From Desulfobacterales bacterium (GTDB taxonomy: Bacteria; Desulfobacterota; Desulfobacteria; Desulfobacterales; UBA2174): 64,000 nucleotides of DNA. Where the stretch lies: contig CAXXWC010000003.1 of NCBI GenBank assembly GCA_963668645.2, forward strand, positions 256,001 through 320,000, read 5' to 3'. Positions 15,001 to 24,000 of the stretch are shown piece by piece (position 1 is the stretch's first letter; every line of letters begins with the position of its first letter). Under the pieces are notes generated by a model. It worked only from the letters and a program-made list of their open reading frames with translations. It was not told the origin of the DNA and ran no database searches. Both the position numbers and the translations under genes were made by a program.

Positions 15001-18000
15001 GCGATGATGCCGGCACTTTCCAGGTTGGCGATGGAAAGCAGGGTCGCCGGATCGAAGCGCCCCAGGTCGGCACTGTCCAGGATCCCGGCACCGAGCAGAT
15101 CCAGGACCGTGATGCTCACATCGCCAGAGTCGAGCAGGTCGCCGAGGTAGATCAAGGCGTCGCCCAGCTCGTCCTCGGCAATCAGCCCGGCATTTTCGAG
15201 CGCCACCGGATCGATCTGGGTCAGGGGGTTGAACTCGCTTGCGGAGACGAAGCCCATATCGATGATGCCGGAAAGCGAATAGGCATCGATAGCGAGCAGA
15301 TCGCTCAGGGACAAATAGTCGGCGTCGGCCACCTGCTCCACGGCCTGGGTGACCGCGCCGATCAGTTCGGCCGCCGCCAGGTCCTCAAGGCTCACGTCCA
15401 CCAGATCGCTGGCGAGCAGATCGCTCAACGAGATGCTGGCGGTCCCGAGGGAATCCAGGGCACCGGCTGCGATGACCCCTGCCGTCTCCAGATCGCTGAC
15501 CAGCAAAGTGGCCTGATAATCCAGTCCGTAGAGGGTAATCCCGGCCGCCGTAAGATCGGCGATGCTCAGCAGGCCGGATTCGATAAAATCCCGGATATTG
15601 ATCATCACGCCCGAGGCGAAATCATCCGAATCGAGCAGATCGAAGTTGAACAGGTCCTGCAAGCCGACATTGACCAGCTCGGAGTTCAACAGATCGGCCA
15701 GTGAAATCGTCCCGGCCCCCAGGACCCCGGCCTCGACGAGGTCATAGGCCTCCAGATCGGCGATGGACAGGGTGATGCCCGGATCGAAGGCGTCCAGATC
15801 GATCAGCTCCCAGCGCGCCAGCTGATCCAGCGGGGTGGCGAACATGTCGAGCAGGGCGCCCAGGATGGTGTCTTTGCTGAAGGTGTCGCCGGCTGCGATG
15901 GCCCCCAAATCGAGAAGCTGCTGGTAATCGACCTCCTCCAGGTTGGCCAGGTCGCGCAGGTTGAGATCGTTGAAATCGAAATCGAAGTTCACCGGCAGGC
16001 TCAAGGCGTTGGTAGCCGCGTCGTAGACCATGGAGAGGCCGGGAGGCAGGATGCCGGCTTCGGTGAACTGCTCGACGAAATCCTGGATGGTGTTGATACG
16101 CTCGAAATCGATATGCGAGACGACCTTGTCGGCAAAAGAGGAGGCGAAATCGAAGATCTCGCCCACCTGCATGTCGATCACCGGGATCTCATAGGTCATG
16201 AAATCCAGGTCGGCCATACTGGTGAGCCAGTCGAGGGTGCTTTGAATGATGGAGATGAGGGAACCGAGATTGAAATCGCTGAAGTCGAGGAGCTGCTCCA
16301 TGTTTTGGTGGGTAAAGCCGATCTCAGGAGCGCCGCCCCCCTCGGGGAAGATGGTGCCGGTCAAAGAGAGGCTCGGTGGGTCGGTACCCGAGCCGAAGCC
16401 GTATTGGCCCAAAGAGGCGTAAACCGGCAGGTAGGCGTCGATATAGTTGCTCCCCGTGGGATCGAAGTCGAAGACCCCGTCCACATAAGACATCTCGGCA
16501 CCCAGATCCAGCGAGAGCCTCGCCTTCTGGTACTCGTCGCTGCCCAGACTCACGCTCAGCGGCCCGACGGCCGCTGCCACCACGATATCGTCGGCCGAGG
16601 CATGACCGCTGAAATCGAGCTGCTGGATATCGAAATCCACCGTATCGTCGCCGGTGCCGGCGTCCGTGCCCCAGTTGAAGGTCAGGCTCATGGCCAGCTC
16701 GATGGCGACCTCAAGATCGATCTCCACCTCGCCGTCCACCGTCAGACCGATGGCTTCCACCTCATCGCCGAAATTGAGACTGAACTGGCGCTCGAAGGTC
16801 AGATCCTGGGCAAAGGTCACCGTAATGCCCACGATTTCGCTGCCGCTGGTGATCGTCTCCCAGGTCAATCCGCCGGCTTGGCCGCCCAGGGTGGGAATCC
16901 AATTGGCCTCCAGATATGCGAAAAAGCCGCCCAGGGTCGGGCCGCTGGGGCCGTAATAGTTGGTGCCGCCTTCGCTGGTGCCGTCGCCCAGGGGGATGGC
17001 CGGATCGCGGGTAAAACCGGTATCGTCCAGCTGGGGCCGCAGGTAGTGGCGGATATAGGTGCCCAGCTGGAGCAGGCTGTCGAGTCCCAGCACGTTGTTC
17101 AGGGAGATATCGGTGCCCGGGATGGTGCGGGTGACAATCTCGCTGCCCGCACTGAGCACGCTGCCGTCGGTGTCGTAGATGGGAACGATGTCGCCCCGGA
17201 CGCTCTCGATCTGCTCGCCGAGCATGTCGAGGACCAGGTAGACGGCGGCATCGAAGATCCCCTCGATGTCTTGCAGGTTGACGTCGAATCCCGGATCGAG
17301 CACCCCGTCGTAAAAATCGCTGTCGGCAAAGGTCAGATTGCCCAGTTCGACGCCGCCCCCGCCGATGGTCAAGGTCAGCGGCAGGTAGAGGGAGAAGCTG
17401 TTTTCAAAAGCCACGTCCCCGGCTTTGTTCTGCTCGTGGTTGAAAACGAAGGTGCCCCCATCCAGGTAGACGCTGCCGCCCAGGTTCAGTTCGAGGTCCC
17501 CGTAGTCGCTGCCGACATGGGTGGTCAAAGAGACGGTGTCCTGGTAGGTCAGGGCCAGTTCGATGTCGTTGACCGCCACCGCGGCGCTGACGAAAAACTC
17601 GCCGAAGTTGAAGGCGCTGTTCTCGCCGGAAAGGTCAATGCTCAAATCGAAGGCCAACCCGGTCTGCAGATCGAAGGCGAAATCCAGGTCCCCGGAAACA
17701 GCCAGGCCGCTGTCGCCCAGGTTCGTGCCGAAATCGATGGGGATCGTGTCGGAGATGGTGTAGGGGATGTTCACCGCCACGGTCAACAGGTCGCCGGCGC
17801 CGCCGATGGTAAAGAAGCTCGGGTTGCCCTGGGCGCCGATCCCGGGCAGGGTGACCATCCAGTGGTCGCGCAGAAAATCGACCAGGCCGGTCCAGATCTC
17901 GGAAACCGTGACCCCGCCGTCGGCCACCGAGCCGGCGCCGATCCAGTTGACCGTCTTGAGGTATTCGAGAACGTAGGTATCGATATCGAGCAAGGCTTCC

Positions 18001-21000
18001 AGGCCACTGGCGGTGGGCACCCCGGCAAGGTCGTTGTCGGCGACGGCCGCATCGTCGATGACGCTGCGGATGCTCACCGTGGTGCCCGGGATGGTGGCAT
18101 CGAGAAAATCAAGATCGAGGAAGCGATCCTTCAGGTCTCCAGCAAGCCCGGCCAGCTCCTCCAGCAGGGTGCGGATGACGCTGTCGACCAGGTTGCCCAG
18201 CAGACTTTCCACATCCGGGGCCGTGACGAGGATCGGATCTTCGGGGCCAGCGCCGCCAAGGCCGAACAGATGCTGGAAGATCTGCTCCAGACCGTCGTTG
18301 GCGGGCGTTCCGTCGCCCGCGTCATAATACGGGTTGGTGCGGATCCACAGCGGTGTGGTCAAGTCGGTCTCGGCGCCGAAAACATCCACCGTCAGGGGCA
18401 TGAAGAGTTCGAACCCGCCGTCCACCCCTGCAAAATCGAGGCTGTCGAGGAGGTTTTCGCTTCCGAAGTGGAAACGTCCGTCGTCTGCCCCACCGGATTG
18501 CTGATCGAGGACAAAGGAGACGGTGACGAAATCGCTGCGATCTTCAGGATCGATCAACTCCGGATTGGTGGTGGCGTCCCCGTCGGCGTCGATGGTGGCG
18601 TCGGTGGTGTAGAGCACGCCATCCAGGCCGCCCACCCCGTCCCGGTCATAGTCGAGGCCGTCGTCGTTGGTGTGCAGGCCGATAGAATCGAAGACTTCAA
18701 AACCCAGCGAGATGTCCCGCGCCAGGAGTTTGAATCCGGCGACGACCCGGGTCCCTTCCTGGGTCCCTTCGTCCCAGTCGATCAAAAAGACATCCACCGG
18801 AAGATCGCTGGCACGGGGGGCGACGTCTACTCCTGCCTGAATCTGGATATCGGCAAAGGCCTTGAAGTTGAGCGTGCCGCTTCCCTCGAGAGCGATCAGA
18901 TCGTCGATGCCATCCAGCCCCGGAATGCCCCCCACCAGCCCGCCAAAGGCGGCAAGATCGAAGTTGAAGGGCACGTTCTTCTCGACCTCTTTTTCAAGGC
19001 GCATGCTCAGGACCAGGGCCCCGGCCTGAATGCCCACCGCGAAAAGATCGCCGTCGGTCTCAAAGTCCAGCCCAAGGCTGTCCATGATAAAACGCACCAG
19101 CTTTTGCAAGTCGTTTTCGGGATCACTCAAGGCCCGCTGGACCCTTTCCACCGCCGCCTCGATTTCGTCGATGACATCCAGCAGCTGGCGCGGCGTCATG
19201 TTGATCAGCGGGATGGGGGCGTCGCCGAGCAGCTCGTAGAGCGGACTGTTGGGATCCGTGACCCAGAAGGGAAGCTCATCAAAGGCCTGGAAGACGTAGT
19301 TCTTGGCCCTCAAAAAAGCCGACATGAGATCATCCAGACGCAGGTACTGGTAAATCTCGAAAACGGCCGGCAGATCCTGCATGTTGACGGTAAGGTAGTC
19401 CGGGGCGGACTTGGACCGGCTCGCATCGGCCACTTCAAAGGTAAAAACGGCGGCCGGCCCGGCACCCAACCCGCCCAGACCGGTGTTGACCTGGATCCCG
19501 TAGAGGGTAGCCTCGGCCGTACCGGTGACCGTGGTCAAGAGAAGATCCGTGGCCTCGGGCCCCATGATCTGGGCGAAGGTAAAACTCCGGTCACCGGTGG
19601 TGAGGGTCTCGCCGTCCCCGTCCAGGATCACGGTCTGGGTCAGGGCTACGTGCACCGGATTGTCCAGCTCCGCTTCGGTGCCCAGGCTAACCCCGATGAA
19701 ACCGAGACGGGCCGCAACGTCGGTAAGCAAGGCGTCGAAGGAGACCTCGGCCGTAAGGCTGAAATCCGTCAAGCCCCAGCCCGATTCGGCGGGCAGATCC
19801 TCCAGCGCGACGGTCAGATCGAAAGCGCCGTTGATCAGGGCCTGGAGATCGGCCAGGGTGTCGCTGACCAGGCCCACCAGATCGAGTCCCTCATCCCCGG
19901 ACAGGGTGACGGTGTGACCGGTAAGCCCGAAAAGGTCGGGAACGTACGTGTCGTCGCCCACCAGACCGAGGGCGATGAGCAGATCGAGGTCCGCCAGCTC
20001 GCTGAACGGCAGGGCCCCGCCGTCGTTGAGGGCCTGAAGGTCGAGAATGCGCGAGGCAGGCAGGATGTCCGTGGCGGCAATCAAACCGGCGTCGAGCAGG
20101 GCGGCAAGATCGGCCAGGCCCTGGTCGAGCAGGGCGTCTTTGTCCACCGTCGTGCTGTCGGCCAGGTGGGCCGGGGTGACCACTTCGTGCTTGACCAGCT
20201 CGGCCAGGGTCGCCAGGGGGCTGCCGCCCGCGTTGAGCAGGGTATCGCCGCTGGCGGCGGTCAGAACCACCGTGTCGTCGACCACCAATCCATAGGCGTC
20301 GATGAGGGCCTGATCATAGATGTCGGAGCGGTTGATGCGATCCAGGGTCACCCCGGTGACGCTGCCCGTGTAGTCGCCCGCGTCCACAAGCCCTTGATCC
20401 ACCAAGTGCGTCAAGGAGACCAGACCGGAGGCCAGCAAGGGATAGAGTCCCACCGTGCCGTCTTCGATCAGGTTCAGTGCGTTCAGGTCCGCCGTGGTCG
20501 CCAGGCCCGCCGCAGTCAGAGCGGCCGGGGAAAGATCGATATCCTCGAAACTGCCGGCCGTGATCAGCCCCGCCTCGATGAGGGCGGCCAGTTGGCCCGG
20601 GGTGGCGCTGTTGCGGATGATCAGATCGTCGGCATCCAGGGCGCCCAGATCGACAAGCTCGCCGATGTAGACCCGCTGGATCAGTTCATGCAGAAAAACC
20701 TGGTGGGCGCTGATGTAGTTGTTCAGGTCCCCGTATTCGAACAGGACCGAATACTCCAGCTCGCGGATGTCCAGATCGAGGTTGGCCGCATCGGTCAGGC
20801 CGGATGCATCGAGGTAGCCCTCCTCGATCAGGCCGGCCAGGCTGATCTGTTCGTAATCCAAGGCGATGAGGCTGTAAAGGGGCACCGTGGCGGCATAAGC
20901 GTCGTCGATGTCCACCGAGAACCCGGCTTCGAGGGCGGTTACATCCAGATCGAGATTGTCGAAATCGTAGACATCGACGAATTCCCCGGTCACGTATTCG

Positions 21001-24000
21001 GCCAGGGTGACATCATATAAAATGGAAGAAAGCAGGGTCTCCAGGTCCACCGTGCCCACGTGCACGATCTCGTCCAGGTCCCCGGATGTCATTCCCAGAA
21101 GGATCTCGATATCGCTCTGTTCGAAAATCTTGTCGATGAAGCGCTCGCCGCGCAGCAGCCCGCGGTTCACCATCTGAGCGAAGGGACTGTATGGATCGAG
21201 GAGCAGCACCTCGATGGGGATGATGTCGCTGGTACGCGGGTCGGGGAGGGTATCCCCGTCGTCTGGATTTTCATAAAGATAGGTCGGAAACTGCTCGGTG
21301 ACATAGTGGGTGCTGACCACGTCCGACTCGAGCAGCAGATCCAGATCGACGAAGGCGTCGGCAACAAGATCGGCCTCGCCCATCAGACCGGCATCCACCA
21401 GTTGGCGCAGACGGACAGGACTGTCATCCCAGAAATCGGCCGGATCGACCAGGCCGGCGGCCACCAGATCGTTCTCGCTGACCAGTCCGGTGGCAAAGAG
21501 GGCTTCCAGATCGATATCCGCGCCGGCCAACCCGGCATCAGCCAGGGCGCTGCGGCCGACCACGTCTGCGGCGAGGATGTCGGCCAAAAGAAGCACCGAG
21601 GTCGTCAGATGGACCGGCGTCACCATGCCGGAATCGGCCAGGTCGGCCAGCCCGGTCAGATTCAGGGCCAACAGATCCTCCAGGGCGACGAAATCGGGTG
21701 CTCCCGCCTGGACCAGATCGTTGTTCTCAAGGTCGCTGGCCGGCACCAGACCGCTGGCCAGCAGATCGGCCTCGCTGACCGTTGCCCCGGTCAAATCAAA
21801 ATCGGAACTGTTCAACAGCCCGCTTTGCACCAGTGCCCCGAGGCTCAGATAGGCCAGCGCAGCAAGGTCGGCGACGGCCACCACGTCCTTGCCCTGGAGG
21901 TTCTGGGTGACAAACGCATCGAGAATCGCCTCTTCAAGCAGATCCGATTCCAGAAGCGCTTCGGCACTGACCGTTCCCTGGACGAACAGGTCGTCGAGAT
22001 CGACCGGGGAAAGATCGTCCTCAAGATCACTCTCGGCGATCAAGCCGGCCAGTCGGAGGTCGGCCAGGGTGACGCCGGTTGCGGCCAGCAGGTCGGCCAG
22101 ATCGACGCCGGTGCCGTGCACGAGATACCCGTCTTCTTCCAGGGCCTCGATGGCGGCCGCGGAAAAGCCGAAGGCGTCCAGATCGGCCAGCGGCAGATCG
22201 ACCAGATCCGACTGATCAATCTGACCCAGACCGACGAGGTCGGCGATGGTGAGGTATCCGTCCTCCACGACCCCGGCCGCACCGTAGCGTTCCAGGAGGC
22301 TGGCGTCGATGACATGGGCACCGGTGATGGTATCGGCCTCCACCTCTCCCAAAGGACGCACGTCGTCGTGATCGATGATGCCGAAATAGATCAGATGGTG
22401 GAGTTTGACCGGAAGATCGGCATCGGCCAGCAGGGTGTCGAGGTCGATGATCGAGCCGGGGCCGATCAGCCCGCCGGTGGAAACGATCTGGCCGTAAAGC
22501 GAAGCGGCCTGGGCCGCGACATCCGAAGCGAGCAATTCATCCACCGCCATCTGCGCCGGTCCGATGAGGTTCTGGCGGGCAAGATCGCCCAGATCGGCCA
22601 GACCCGATTCGATCAAGGCGGGGATATCCAACTGATCCAGGCCCAGGTCGGCCAGATCAAGCAGGGCACCTGCGACCAGATCGCTCAGGGAAACCAGGCC
22701 GCTGTCCACCAGGGCACCGAGGTCATCGAGGTAGCCGCTGGCCAGATCGTTCACGTCCACCAGGGCTGCCGCCGCCAGTTGGTCGATGCCGGCGATGCCC
22801 GATTCAAGAAGGTCTGAAAGCCTGAAGGTAAGATCCGCCGCCAGATCGCCCGCATCGACATCACCGCTGCCGATGAGTTCATCGAGGGTCACCACCCCGC
22901 TGTTGACCAGGTCGTGCAGGGACACGTTGCCCAGCCCATCGACCAGATCCGAAAAATCGAGTTCGAAGGCGCTGGCCAGCCCGTCGGAGATGAGCCCGGC
23001 CGCAGGAAGGGCCAGGTCGATGAAATCGTCCACCGTCAGAAGCCCCTCATCCACCGCCGCGGCCAGATCCGCGACCCCTTGGCTGAAAAAGTCGTCGGCA
23101 TCCACCGCCGTGGTGGCCACGAAGTCGGCGGTGGCCACCAGCCCGGCGTCGATCAGGTCGCTCAGATCTGCGGCGGTGGCGGCCACCAGGTCCGTGATGT
23201 CAACCATCGCCGTGGAGAGGAAATCCTGGATACCGATCAATCCCTGGTCCACCATCTGCTGCAAGGAGGCGATGCCCTGATCGACGATATCGCCGATGCC
23301 CAGTGCATCGAGGCTGATATCTCCCAGGTCGAACAGGCCGCTATCGAAGAGATCTTCCAGCAGGTTCTGGGCCGTATCGATGCCGCTTGCCAGGAGTGCG
23401 TCGAGATCGACCAGATCGGCAACCACGGTGGCGCCGGCCAAGTCCGCGGCCATATCGGCCACGCTGGTCGCCGCCAGGTTCACGTCCCGGATGAAACCGA
23501 GGTTGGCGGTGATTGAGCCCACGGTGATGATCCCGGCCTCGGCCAGCGCACCGAGGGTGACCAGTCCCGAATCGATCAGATCGTCCAGGTCAATCCGGCC
23601 TTCGGTGTCGATCAGACCCAGCGCCGCCAGGGCCGCCGGGCCGATGATCCCGGCCTCGGTCAGATCAGCGGCATCGACTCCGGACCAGTCGGCCACCGAA
23701 TCGGCACCCAGGACCCCGGCGGCCGCCACAGCGGCCAGATCGGCGAATCCGCTGGCGAGCAGATCGTCGGGATCGACATAGGAACCGATTTGAATCAATC
23801 CCTCATCTACCAGAAGATCGAGATCGACCCATCCCAGGGCATCGAGGTCACGCAGGGTGAGTTCATCCAGCTGGAGCTCAAAGGCAAAAGGGATCGTAAG
23901 GGTCGCTGTGACCGGATCGTAGGCGATGGCCTGACCTTCGGCCAGCAGGCCGGCGGCGCCGACGGCCGCTTCAAAGTCCTGCAGGCTCTGCATGCCATCG

